This document shows, piece after piece, positions 31,505 through 41,400 of a stretch of 64,000 bases of DNA. Source of the stretch: a candidate division FCPU426 bacterium (GTDB taxonomy: Bacteria > Oederibacteriota > PGYV01 > Palsa-1178). The stretch spans positions 1,376,001-1,440,000 of the forward strand of contig CAWIXE010000002.1 of NCBI GenBank assembly GCA_963840035.1. Reading direction: 5' to 3'. The notes beneath the pieces were generated by a model. The model searched no databases. It was given only the letters and a program-made list of their open reading frames with translations, and was not told the DNA's origin. Positions within the stretch are counted from its first letter, which is position 1; each line of letters starts with the position of its first letter. Both the position numbers and the translations under genes were made by a program.

Positions 31505-32209
31505 TTAGCTTAAAATATTGTCCGACTTATCCTCTTTTTCTTCCTCTTCCTCGTCCTTTTTCTTTTTCTGTGTCATGATGAAATAAACTACAACCGCGAT
31601 TACTCCGAGCAATATTATAAGCAGCGCCATCATATTCATGCCGCCTTTTTTCTTTGCCTTCGCCGGTTCAGGTATCGGTGTGGGCTGTTCTTCTGTTCCG
31701 CCCATTGATGTCTCGCCTGAAGCAGTTGTTTCTTCCCCGGATGAAGCTTTGCCGGAGCCCATGCCTGCGACTTCCGACTCGCCTGACCCTTCTTCCTCTT
31801 CTTTGCCTGAAGCATATGCCTTTCCACCGGCCGGCCATCCAAGTTCCGTAGCCCTCTGTTTTGCCGCTTCAATCTCAACCGCGCTTACGTTCCTGGGTAT
31901 TATGAGTTTCTGTCCTTCTGAAACAGTTTTATAATCATCAAGAATGTCCCTGTTAGCGTCAAAAATCAGCGGCCACTGGTATTTGTTGCCGTAAATTTCG
32001 GATTTTTCGGCGATTGAATAAAGGGTATCGTCTTTTTCCACAAGATAGGTAGTCGGAAGTTCTTCCTTCGATTTCTGGGAGGCTTCATCCATTACCTGTC
32101 CTTCTTCATCAGATACGCTGCTTACTTTCTGGCCGCCGCCGCATCCGGTAAAAAACACGCTTCCTATCGCAAACAGCACAAGCATCAAAACAGTTAACAT
32201 TCTTTTCAT
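31505..32209 (-). CDS. LysM lipoprotein with C-terminal TM anchor
   Basis: Lipobox FTGC; YLVEKDDTLYSIA...WPLIFDANR...GQKLIIP; acidic linker; C-terminal TM and charged tail. Confidence 0.85.
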   Translation of the reverse strand: MKRMLTVLMLVLFAIGSVFFTGCGGGQKVSSVSDEEGQVMDEASQKSKEELPTTYLVEKDDTLYSIAEKSEIYGNKYQWPLIFDANRDILDDYKTVSEGQKLIIPRNVSAVEIEAAKQRATELGWPAGGKAYASGKEEEEGSGESEVAGMGSGKASSGEETTASGETSMGGTEEQPTPIPEPAKAKKKGGMNMMALLIILLGVIAVVVYFIMTQKKKKDEEEEEKEDKSDNILS

Positions 32210-32376
32210 CGAAAATTCCTCCTATATTATATGGTAATTAATACACAAATTATATCATTTTTAGTTTTTCTGTCAAGTTTCATTTGCCCTAAAACACTTA
32301 TGAATTAAACCCTATATTATAATAGGAGAAATCGGCATCAAAACAAGAAGTAATGCTTGTGCAGGCTTAATTTAAA

Positions 32377-33399
32377 CTATTTAAAACTTATATAAAGCCC
32401 AATTTTTTGGCTTGAACCCAGCTCCGAATACGGCATAAATACATAATCAATGCTGTATGTTGCCCCTCCGGCTTTCATGCCAACTCCGCCTCCGAAACTC
32501 ATGCCTGAGGCAAGCCTGTCTGCCGGGTTAATATTGCCGCCCGTCCTTAAAGCCAGCGTATAATCGCCAAGTAAATGCATATATTCCAGCCCCGCTTTGA
32601 TATTTATTCCGTTATCCATGTTATAATCCGCGTCTGCCGCTATCCTTACCCTGTTATTTCCAGAAAAAACATTTAATAATTGCGTATACGCGCCTGCCGC
32701 TATGGAAATGGGTGTTATGCCCGCGGCTATGCTTGCTCCGAGATTTCTGAAAGATAATCCAAATCCTGCTTTGTTCCATACAAATTCCCCGCGGTTTGAC
32801 ATAAAATCCGCATCTTCTATGATTACTGTGTATATGGCCCCAAGGTCAACCGAAGCGGAAAAATTACCGTAATCCTTTCCTATCATTTCCCCCGAGAATT
32901 TAATTGCCGCGCCGGCGTTTAAATTTTTTGTAAAATCGCTGTACGCGAACTTCCCTATATTGCAGCCGTAAGCCACCACCCCGGAAAAATCCGCGGCAGA
33001 AACAGAATTTCCTTCACCCCCGTAACCGCCTCCCGGGGCTTCAAGCGCTTCCGTTATGGTGCCGCCGTTAAGATATTTTCCGGCGAAACCTATGGTCCCG
33101 GCGTCGCCCATTCCTCTGGCGTAGTAAAGCGAATCGTAAAGTACGCCATCCAGATATAGGTCCTGGATGAAAAGTATGTCATTGCCTTCTATAAAACCGA
33201 GACCTGCCGCATTTGTCTCTATGGCTTCAAGGTCGTCGGACAATCCGGCATACGCCCCTCCCATTGCCTGTGATTTTAAACCGGACGGGACCTTAAGCAC
33301 ATCCATGGAAGATGTCCCTGCCCCTGCCGTTATTACCGCGGGCATAAGCGCAAGGAAAACAGATGCCAAAAATGTCATTATAAGTATTTTATTTTTCAT
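32377..33399 (-). CDS. PorV/PorQ-family outer-membrane beta-barrel
   Basis: LKVPSGLKSQAMGGAYAGLSDD..AIETNAAGL matches the PorV/FadL-like N-terminal motif; C-terminal IDYVF..YSELGSSQKIGLYISF. Confidence 0.75.
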   Translation of the reverse strand: MKNKILIMTFLASVFLALMPAVITAGAGTSSMDVLKVPSGLKSQAMGGAYAGLSDDLEAIETNAAGLGFIEGNDILFIQDLYLDGVLYDSLYYARGMGDAGTIGFAGKYLNGGTITEALEAPGGGYGGEGNSVSAADFSGVVAYGCNIGKFAYSDFTKNLNAGAAIKFSGEMIGKDYGNFSASVDLGAIYTVIIEDADFMSNRGEFVWNKAGFGLSFRNLGASIAAGITPISIAAGAYTQLLNVFSGNNRVRIAADADYNMDNGINIKAGLEYMHLLGDYTLALRTGGNINPADRLASGMSFGGGVGMKAGGATYSIDYVFMPYSELGSSQKIGLYISFK

Positions 33400-36300
33400 T
33401 TTGTAATGTATACCTTTCCTTTTAGCTTTTCCACGGGGCTTTCAATTAAGTAGAAATATATGCCCGGCGCCACCTTTTCCCCGCTTAAATTCTTCCCGTC
33501 CCACTCGATCCTTCCGTAGGCATGCTTCGCCTCAAAAACTTTATATCCCGCGATATTGTAAACATACACATCGCAGTACTGAATCAGATTATCAAACTTC
33601 AGCGTTCCGCCTATCGCTTTATCCCTGTTAAACGGGTTTGGATATACCACTATTTTTTCCGGCGTGGCTGTAGCCGTCGGTGATATGGTCGGGCTTACTG
33701 TGATTGTGGGCGTTACTGTTATCGTTGGAGTTATAGTTCTCGTGGAAACCAGCGTCCATGTTGCGGTAACAGTTCTCGTCGCCGTTACAGTCTTAGTCGG
33801 GGTTAAAGTCATGGTGCTTGTGCGGGTCATGGTATTAGTCGGAGTTATGGTAAGCGTTATTGTCCCTGTAAAAGTAGCGGTATTCGTCGGGCTGAACGTA
33901 TGTGTCCGGGTTATCGTTGATGTTTGTGTAATGCTTGGCGTCGCAGTCGCGGTAAAGGGCGGCGTGTCCGTGCTCGTCATGGTTATGGAATGCGTCGGGG
34001 AAATAGTGGAGGTCCTGGTTATAGTAGGCGTCGCGGAACTGGTCTGCGTTATCGTGTACGTGCTTGTCAGTGTCACTGTCACGGTAGCAGAAGGCGTCAC
34101 GGTAAATGAAGGCGTGAACGTATATGTTGATGTAAGCGTAACTGTTAAGGTCGGCGTATGTGTTCCCGTGGCAGTATATGTCCCGGTTGATGTCCCCGTG
34201 ACAGTCTGCGTCGCTGTTTCCGTTATCGTTTGCGTGCTGGTTTTTGTAAATGACGGCGTCACAGTATAAGTGGGGGTATTTGTCGAAGTCATGGTAAAAG
34301 ACGGCGTCCTGGTTGACGATGCGGTGCTTGTCTCGGTAACCGTCCTTGTGGCGGTCAGGGTGGGTGTTGCTGTCATCGTCTGCGTGATTGTCCTTGTGCT
34401 GGTCCTCGTGGGTGTTGCGGTTTTAGTTACCGTCTGAGTGCTTGTCGCTGTGGGAGGCGCCTGAACATTAATGGAGGCTGACCCGTTTACCTGGGCGTCA
34501 TTTATCTGCGTAAATGTGAGTGTCCTTCCGTTGCCGACGGTATTAAGCGTCACTAAAAATGAATGTGACCCGCCGTCTGAAGACAGGTAAGAATAATTCC
34601 CCGGCAAAACAGCCGCTATGTCGCTTGAAGCGGCAGATACTGTGCCGCCGTAATTATCAACTGTTGTCCCGTTCGCGTCTTTTGCCCTTACTACCACAGT
34701 GAATTGCTGCCCAGCGGTGACTGAAGAGGGGGCGCTTACAGAGAATGAAACAACAGGTATCGTGGTAATTATACCTGATTTCGCGGTATTATCCGGGCTG
34801 GTGGTTATTACTGTTACCTGGTGGTTAATACCTGATAGTATGGACAGGCTTAATATCGCCGTGCATTTGCCTGTGGCGTCAGTGAATGTCCTGAGCGGGT
34901 TAACTGAGCCGTTATCAGTTGAAAAATCAACCTGAATCCCCTGTAATGACACGCTTGCCCCGTTTTGGTCAACTATCTGGGCGGTGACTGTGACTCCGGA
35001 CCCGGCAGGCGCCGAAGTATTGCCTGATGGCAAAACAGAGACAAAATATCCCGTGGTAACAGTGATCGTATTAGTTCCGTCAGTCAAATGTCCGGCCGCA
35101 AAATTAAGGTCCCTTGCGGTTATCGGGAAATAAGTCCCTGTTAAATGGCACTTCACGTTCACTGTAGCCGCGCCGCTGCTGTCTAATGTGGGCGTAACTG
35201 ATTTATACCAGTTAAGGCCTCCATTGACAGAAAACAGGACATCAGGGACATTTCCGTAAATATGAGTGTCAAGGTGCCCGGCAGGCGCCGGCGCGTTATA
35301 CCCGTTTGCGTCTTTGGCATTTACGTATAAAGTCCCTATCTTATCCGCGCCTAAGGACATGGGCGCCGGCAGGAATGCCAGCCTAGTAGCTACGCTTGAG
35401 GCGGAAATAGTAATGGTCGTGCCGAGTATGCCGACGGTATTAATAACACAGTAATTCATGGAACCGCCTCCGGCGGTGCTTACTTTAAACCAGGCTGTCA
35501 CCTGTCCCTGCGCGTTAGTGGAATTGCCTGTAGCAGTCATGACAGCGGCGTTGTCTATCCTTGCGTCCTGGGTCTTGCCTGTCTGCACCATCGGGGTAAA
35601 ATCGATGTACTTATTATTGATAGGATTTCCGTATGCGTCAGTCACCTGAGCTGTCAGTGTTACCCATCCGCCCGCTGAAACCGAGTATAAATTTGACCAT
35701 GCAGTGAGTATTGCAGGGGCAGCCGGAATAATTGTCGCATAGGCTTTTCCGTCAGACATGTTTAATCCCGTATCATGCGCGGTGATGGCCACGTTTGAAG
35801 CCATCGCCGTATCCATATAATATACATATGCCGTTCCCTGGATTAAGTTCGTGGTGACCGTCTGGCTCCAGCTTAACTGGTCTGTGGAGAACCTCATGGT
35901 GCCCGACGCCGATGAAATCCTGACCTGGGCGTTCGACCCGGCATTATTGCCCACGGAGTCTTTCGCCTGTATCGTTATTCTCCTGGGCGTCCCTGCTGAT
36001 ACAGTGCTGTTAAGCGGGCTGATATCAAGCTGCGACGCCGGAAGGTTATTTACATATATGGTGGCCTGGCCGGATGTTATATTCGGGGCGGCTGCAGTTA
36101 TTGTAAAAGTATTTGCCGTGGTGTCAACTACAAGGAGCGACTTAATGGCGTTTCCGTTAAAATACGCGGTCGGCACCCAGGACGCCCCGTTATAAAACAG
36201 CATGCTGGCTGAATTTGAAGTCAGTGTTATGCCCCTGGCGTCAGAAACAAAATTACCATAAGCGTCTGTTATCTTTACATTTAATGTGGCGTTAACCCCG

Positions 36301-39300
36301 GTCTGCGTGGTAATCACCGGCGGTTCTATTACCACCTTTGAAGCGGGCCCCGCAAGGAAATTAACAGTGACAATTTTCGAATACGGTCCGAATTTCAGTG
36401 TGACATTCGCGGAGCCGGCTTTCGTTGACTTTATCATTGCAAAAGCATTGCCGTTCCAGTCAGTTATGGCTTTTGTATTGGCGCTGACTTTCACCGGTAT
36501 TATGGCATCCTCGGGCCTGTCAGACGTAAAATCTATCATGGCGTATGCAACTTTTGTATTTGTACCGGAATTTGGAGCCCATACATAAGCGGTTATTGTA
36601 GCCGAAGTGGCCCCGTCAGCCACAATTGACGTGGAAGGGTTTGCCCATGCTTTCCATCCGTCAATTACCCATACATAACTGTCTGTCTGCCCGTCTCCCC
36701 ACGACCAGGATGTCGGCGAATCATCATAATTCCCTGTTAATCCGTTCAAAACCCTCCCCCCGCCGACGTTCATGGCCGCCGCGTTTGAGAACACATCCCT
36801 GATTATGGTGCCGCTTACATTTTTATAGACTATGTTGTCAAAGAACGCGTTGAATGTGCCTGCGTTATTTGACGGTGCTCCGTTAAACCCTATGTTCCCG
36901 GTATCCTGTGACAGGAACCCGTCGCTGTAATATGAACCCGCGCCTGTAAGCATACTTAAATCAAATATCCTGCGGTACCATCTTCCCTTGGCATATGCGG
37001 AGATGTCCATTGACGGATGTATCCTTATGGCATTCTGATCCCTGATATAATTCTGGGTGGCCTGACCGAAATCCCTCATGATATCCGTGTTCCCGGGATA
37101 GTCGCCGTTCTGGAACTCTGTTGAACAATAAAAGTTGGAGCTGTAATCCGGTATAAAAACATCATAATTAAGATAATAATTTGACGCGAACGTAAAGTTC
37201 CTGTCATCAATCCTCATGTACGCGCCCTGATACAAATTCGCATTTCCGTAATAAGCCGTAAGCAGGATCGGCCTTGAGTAAGAAGTGGCGGGCGTAACAA
37301 CATTTATCAGGTTGCTTGTTCCTGTAATAGCGCCTGAAGTGGCAGTTATGGTCTGATTCCCGTTGGTCTGAAGGATTGCGGCAAAAATCCTGGTGCCCGC
37401 GTTGGCAAGCTGGAAAGTATACGATAACGGAAGCACCTTTGCGAGCGAAGGGTCACTCGATGTAAAATTAACAGCCCCCACAAAATTATCTATGGTATTG
37501 CCGTAAGCGTCCCGCGCTGTAACAACAAAGTTAAACTCCACATTCGCGTTTGCAACCGTCGGCGCGGAAACCCTGAAGTTTGCGATAGCGCCATGCGCCA
37601 CATTTATGTCATTGCTTACGCCTGATATGGTCCCATCCTGAACAAGTATATTATGGGTGCCGGCTGTCCTTAAAGTGACGCTGAAAATGTGCTTTCCAGC
37701 GTCGCCGCCGACATACGTATAATCCGCAGGCATTACCCCCTGTGCGTCTGTGGAGGTAAAATGAATTGTACCGGCATATCCGGCCACAATATTATAATAA
37801 ACATCCACGGCTGAAACCGTGATATAGAAAGGCGTCCCGGCGGTCGCGTTTGAAGGGGCTGATACTATAAATCCTGTCGCGTTGCCCGTGTTTACATTTA
37901 CAGAAGTTGACCCGGTTATCGTAATTACCGTGGTGTCATTTACCGTGATAGTCTGCACACCGGCTGTCGAAAGCACTACCTGGAATGAATGCACCCCGGC
38001 ATCCGCGTCCGGGTCAAATGTGTAATCACCCGGCAGGCCTGCCGTGCCGTCGCTTGATGTGAAATTAACAGTCCCGGCGTAATTATCCGCTATCACGCCT
38101 CCAAAAGCCGCGCTGGTCCTGGCAGTAACAACCACCTGAAAAGGCACGCCGACCTGCACGCTTGCAGGCGCCTGAACGTCAAAATGGTCTATGTCTTTTG
38201 TCGCCGTAAAAGTGGGTGTAATGGTAAAAGTAGGGGTGCTTGTAGATGTCGGGCTGTCCGTATGCGTCTGAGTAATTGTTTCAGTGGCAGTTTCAGTGGC
38301 CGTCTGTGTGGCGGTATATGTTTCAGTGGCTGTAAATGTCCCTGTTGCAGTTTCAGTAGCCGTCTGTGTGGCTGTCTGGGTTGCCGTGCGTGTCGCTGTC
38401 TTTGTCGCGGTCGGAGTCCCCGTCGGCGTAACAGTCTGTGTGGCAGTCTGCGTTATGGTCTGTGTGGCAGTCTGCGTTATGGTCTGTGTGGCAGTCTGCG
38501 TTATGGTCTGTGTGGCAGTCTGCGTTATGGTCTGTGTGGCGGTCTGCGTTATGGTCTGCGTGGCGGTCTGCGTCGCGGTTTGTGTGGCTGTTTGCGTGGC
38601 AGTCTGCGTCGCAGTTTGTGTGGCTGTAAATGTCGGTGAAGCCGTAAATGTAGGCGTAAATGTCTGGCTTGCCGTCCATGTTTCAGTGATAGAAGGAGTT
38701 GCAGTCTCTGTGCTGGTCAGGGTCGCAGTCGGTGTCGCAGTATATGTCTGGGTTGCCGTATATGTGTTTGAATGGGTCGGGGTAATGGTAAAAGTGGGGG
38801 TGATGGTATGCGTGGGCGTTATAGTATAAGTCGGCGCCGGATTCCTCTCCCAACTTATATCTATCGTATCTATCTGCGGCGACGAAAAGTTATCGTATGT
38901 TGTAAGCACCGCTTTCCAGAAAAGTTTTGTTCCGGAAATAAAGGTCCCGATGGCTGATGTAACCTTCGTCCATACGGACCCGTCTCCTGACAGATAATAA
39001 TCTATGGACTGATTCACCTCGACAGTGCTTGCGGCCGTTAAAGTGACATACCCCGCAAACCCGGCGAACCAATCGTCTATGATGATGGACTGCGCAGTCT
39101 CAGGCGTGTCAAACGACCCGCCGTATCTGTTTATCTTCGCGTAATCGCCCGCCATGAGCCAGTAGGCCTCGGATGAATTCGTATACACAACAGAATTAAA
39201 CTTGGGCGTTGTCGATGAGGTGGACCAGTTCTGTAGGTTTGCCCTTTCGTCCGTATACACATCCGGCGACCCCTCCACTATCATGTTTATCATTCCCGAA

Positions 39301-41282
39301 CCGCCCGCCACGAACCACTTTCCAGGCGAAGTGCTGTTATAATCCAGCGAATAAATATTCTGCGTCCCAAAATTTTTAAGAGATGACGTCCTTGATGTCC
39401 ATATAATTGAAGTATAGTCGACAAGATACCCGCCGTCGCACCCTATCCTTATCTTGCTTCCGCCGTCTTTTATTGCGTTGACGTTCTGGTAAGTGTTGCC
39501 GGTATATGGATACAGGTTTGATTTTAGGTCATTCATGAAATTATTTGCTGGCGACTGCGTCTGGTCATTCCATTGCCTGATACTGCCGTTGTCGCCTGCC
39601 ACATACCACTTATTTTTGCTTGCAAAATACTCTATCGCCCTGATTCCGTCCGTGGCATTCGAAAATGACCCCGCTGTCGTGCTCACATACTTTGCGGTAA
39701 AACTATCTCCGTCCGTACTTATGGCAAAATTGCGGTTCTGCCCGCCTATCAACCATGTGCCATTCGCCCATTTCATGGCTGTTACCCCGTTACCCGCCCC
39801 GAAACCGAGCGCCCCGGTCCTGTCGGCAAATACCCCGGTCGCACAGTCATATTTGGCAAGCTTGCCGTTGCTGCCTCCTATAAGGAAGTAATTATGCGTC
39901 TGGTCGGCCCACGCCACGCTTAAAACATCATCAAACCAGTTAAGGTAGTGGGTGGGGTCGGTGAGGCTTTTCCTCAGGTCGGTAAATACCTTACCGTTAT
40001 ATTTGTTCAGTGTCCCGTTTGTTCCGTTCTTTTCCCCGCCAATAAGCCAGAACTTGTCATATGAATTATACGCCGCGGCTTTGATGTTATTCGCGCCGAA
40101 ATCTTTTATGTTCTTTGAATACTCCGTATATGAAGGCGATGACGCGCTGCCCGTCATGGACATTAACCTGCTGTTATTTCCTCCAAGCAGGCTTAAGCCG
40201 CTGCTTGTGGCGCCTATGGCGTATATGGCGTCCGTGCTGAAATATGATGGCGGTGTCTGCGTTATATATGTCGACACGCCGTCATATGTGACAAGCGCCG
40301 TGTTAGTATTATTGCTGCCGCCGATGAGCCAGTAACTTCCGTTCCATTCTATGGCCCACAGGCTTGTAAGCGCTCCTGCCAGGCTCGCTGTAACATCGGT
40401 AAAACCGTTTGTCTGGTCATACGTTGCCAGTTTCACGGTGCTGCCTGAGCTCCCGCCTATCAACCATCTGGTCCCCACGCATTTTACGGCAAATATGTTA
40501 TATGTCCCGCCCCATTTTGCCGTAAGCCCGCCTGCGCCGGTTGCAAGATTTGTCCAGCCATTTGAGCCGTCCACATACCTGCATATCTTTCCCCCGGTCC
40601 CGGCTATGAGCCAGTAAAATTCCGTGCTGTTATACCCTATGGCCCTTACGTCATCGCCTGTTGTAAACCCGCCGGACGCTACAAGGTCACCGGCAAGCGA
40701 GGTGAAATTAATTCCGTCATAAATGTTCAGTGCGGCGCCTGCGCCGCCAAAGAGCCACCTGTTATTTACGGTAACGCCTTTATTGGCTATCGCGTATATG
40801 TTCCCCGTAAATGACGCCATTGTTTTTGCCGTCCACGTGTCATTGGAATATGTGTACATGTAAAGCAATGCGCTGTCCCCTCCGACAAATACCGTATTGC
40901 CGTCGCTGTCTATGGCCCTGATGGTATTTGTGGCAAGATTCGCAAGCCTCGGCGCTATATTTATAAAATTCACACCGTCGTACATATTCAGCTTTCCGGT
41001 GCTGCCTCCTATGTACCACCGGCTGTTCGCCGCGTCATAGTCAATGGCAGTGATGCTTCCGCCCCAGTCAATTACCCCGGTAGTTTCGGCAAACTTGTCA
41101 TACAGAGTCTTTAAAGAGACTATCCCGGCAGTAGTATTCCAGCTTGCCGAGGTATTTGTTGTATCTTCGTATGAAGTGGAGTTAAAACCCTCATTATAAG
41201 TAAGGGAAAATATGGGAATGGCAATAAATAATGACATAAGCGCAAAAACAGGTATCCGGAAAAACTTCCTTATTATAGTCAT
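33396..41282 (-). CDS. Giant surface/secreted protein: propeller-like repeats, Thr-rich linkers, Ig-like repeats, T9SS type-A/FlgD-like C-terminal domain
   Basis: Signal peptide; repeated WLIGG..G.L..YDG; TxT tracts; Big-like VTA.DAYGN repeats; C-terminal VYPNPF...WDGKN..G..VAPGIYFY. Confidence 0.85.
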   Translation of the reverse strand: MTIIRKFFRIPVFALMSLFIAIPIFSLTYNEGFNSTSYEDTTNTSASWNTTAGIVSLKTLYDKFAETTGVIDWGGSITAIDYDAANSRWYIGGSTGKLNMYDGVNFINIAPRLANLATNTIRAIDSDGNTVFVGGDSALLYMYTYSNDTWTAKTMASFTGNIYAIANKGVTVNNRWLFGGAGAALNIYDGINFTSLAGDLVASGGFTTGDDVRAIGYNSTEFYWLIAGTGGKICRYVDGSNGWTNLATGAGGLTAKWGGTYNIFAVKCVGTRWLIGGSSGSTVKLATYDQTNGFTDVTASLAGALTSLWAIEWNGSYWLIGGSNNTNTALVTYDGVSTYITQTPPSYFSTDAIYAIGATSSGLSLLGGNNSRLMSMTGSASSPSYTEYSKNIKDFGANNIKAAAYNSYDKFWLIGGEKNGTNGTLNKYNGKVFTDLRKSLTDPTHYLNWFDDVLSVAWADQTHNYFLIGGSNGKLAKYDCATGVFADRTGALGFGAGNGVTAMKWANGTWLIGGQNRNFAISTDGDSFTAKYVSTTAGSFSNATDGIRAIEYFASKNKWYVAGDNGSIRQWNDQTQSPANNFMNDLKSNLYPYTGNTYQNVNAIKDGGSKIRIGCDGGYLVDYTSIIWTSRTSSLKNFGTQNIYSLDYNSTSPGKWFVAGGSGMINMIVEGSPDVYTDERANLQNWSTSSTTPKFNSVVYTNSSEAYWLMAGDYAKINRYGGSFDTPETAQSIIIDDWFAGFAGYVTLTAASTVEVNQSIDYYLSGDGSVWTKVTSAIGTFISGTKLFWKAVLTTYDNFSSPQIDTIDISWERNPAPTYTITPTHTITPTFTITPTHSNTYTATQTYTATPTATLTSTETATPSITETWTASQTFTPTFTASPTFTATQTATQTATQTATQTATQTATQTITQTATQTITQTATQTITQTATQTITQTATQTITQTATQTVTPTGTPTATKTATRTATQTATQTATETATGTFTATETYTATQTATETATETITQTHTDSPTSTSTPTFTITPTFTATKDIDHFDVQAPASVQVGVPFQVVVTARTSAAFGGVIADNYAGTVNFTSSDGTAGLPGDYTFDPDADAGVHSFQVVLSTAGVQTITVNDTTVITITGSTSVNVNTGNATGFIVSAPSNATAGTPFYITVSAVDVYYNIVAGYAGTIHFTSTDAQGVMPADYTYVGGDAGKHIFSVTLRTAGTHNILVQDGTISGVSNDINVAHGAIANFRVSAPTVANANVEFNFVVTARDAYGNTIDNFVGAVNFTSSDPSLAKVLPLSYTFQLANAGTRIFAAILQTNGNQTITATSGAITGTSNLINVVTPATSYSRPILLTAYYGNANLYQGAYMRIDDRNFTFASNYYLNYDVFIPDYSSNFYCSTEFQNGDYPGNTDIMRDFGQATQNYIRDQNAIRIHPSMDISAYAKGRWYRRIFDLSMLTGAGSYYSDGFLSQDTGNIGFNGAPSNNAGTFNAFFDNIVYKNVSGTIIRDVFSNAAAMNVGGGRVLNGLTGNYDDSPTSWSWGDGQTDSYVWVIDGWKAWANPSTSIVADGATSATITAYVWAPNSGTNTKVAYAMIDFTSDRPEDAIIPVKVSANTKAITDWNGNAFAMIKSTKAGSANVTLKFGPYSKIVTVNFLAGPASKVVIEPPVITTQTGVNATLNVKITDAYGNFVSDARGITLTSNSASMLFYNGASWVPTAYFNGNAIKSLLVVDTTANTFTITAAAPNITSGQATIYVNNLPASQLDISPLNSTVSAGTPRRITIQAKDSVGNNAGSNAQVRISSASGTMRFSTDQLSWSQTVTTNLIQGTAYVYYMDTAMASNVAITAHDTGLNMSDGKAYATIIPAAPAILTAWSNLYSVSAGGWVTLTAQVTDAYGNPINNKYIDFTPMVQTGKTQDARIDNAAVMTATGNSTNAQGQVTAWFKVSTAGGGSMNYCVINTVGILGTTITISASSVATRLAFLPAPMSLGADKIGTLYVNAKDANGYNAPAPAGHLDTHIYGNVPDVLFSVNGGLNWYKSVTPTLDSSGAATVNVKCHLTGTYFPITARDLNFAAGHLTDGTNTITVTTGYFVSVLPSGNTSAPAGSGVTVTAQIVDQNGASVSLQGIQVDFSTDNGSVNPLRTFTDATGKCTAILSLSILSGINHQVTVITTSPDNTAKSGIITTIPVVSFSVSAPSSVTAGQQFTVVVRAKDANGTTVDNYGGTVSAASSDIAAVLPGNYSYLSSDGGSHSFLVTLNTVGNGRTLTFTQINDAQVNGSASINVQAPPTATSTQTVTKTATPTRTSTRTITQTMTATPTLTATRTVTETSTASSTRTPSFTMTSTNTPTYTVTPSFTKTSTQTITETATQTVTGTSTGTYTATGTHTPTLTVTLTSTYTFTPSFTVTPSATVTVTLTSTYTITQTSSATPTITRTSTISPTHSITMTSTDTPPFTATATPSITQTSTITRTHTFSPTNTATFTGTITLTITPTNTMTRTSTMTLTPTKTVTATRTVTATWTLVSTRTITPTITVTPTITVSPTISPTATATPEKIVVYPNPFNRDKAIGGTLKFDNLIQYCDVYVYNIAGYKVFEAKHAYGRIEWDGKNLSGEKVAPGIYFYLIESPVEKLKGKVYITK
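38434..38553. repeat. Coding 24-bp tandem repeat (TQTATQTI) x5
   Basis: gtctgtgtggcagtctgcgttatg four times exactly plus one copy with one mismatch, flanked by degenerate 12-bp units. Confidence 0.9.
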
Positions 41283-41365
41283 TTTCTAACTCCCTATCGT
41301 TTTAAACGTTAAATTAATGATAGCATAAAAACCGCAAATTTCAACAAATATTAAAAATCATATAT

Positions 41366-41394
41366 TTGACATTTTTACGGCACTGATAGATAAT
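41366..41394 (+). promoter_or_regulatory. Sigma70-type promoter, probably giving a leaderless mRNA
   Basis: TTGACA-17 nt-GATAAT, then 6 nt to the ATG at 41401; no SD. Confidence 0.6.
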
Positions 41395-41400
41395 AACTAC

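Noticed and set aside
33664..38829. Val-rich plus-strand ORFs (33664-34269, 38284-38829 and others)
   Set aside because: Antisense shadows of the Thr-codon repeats in the giant protein.
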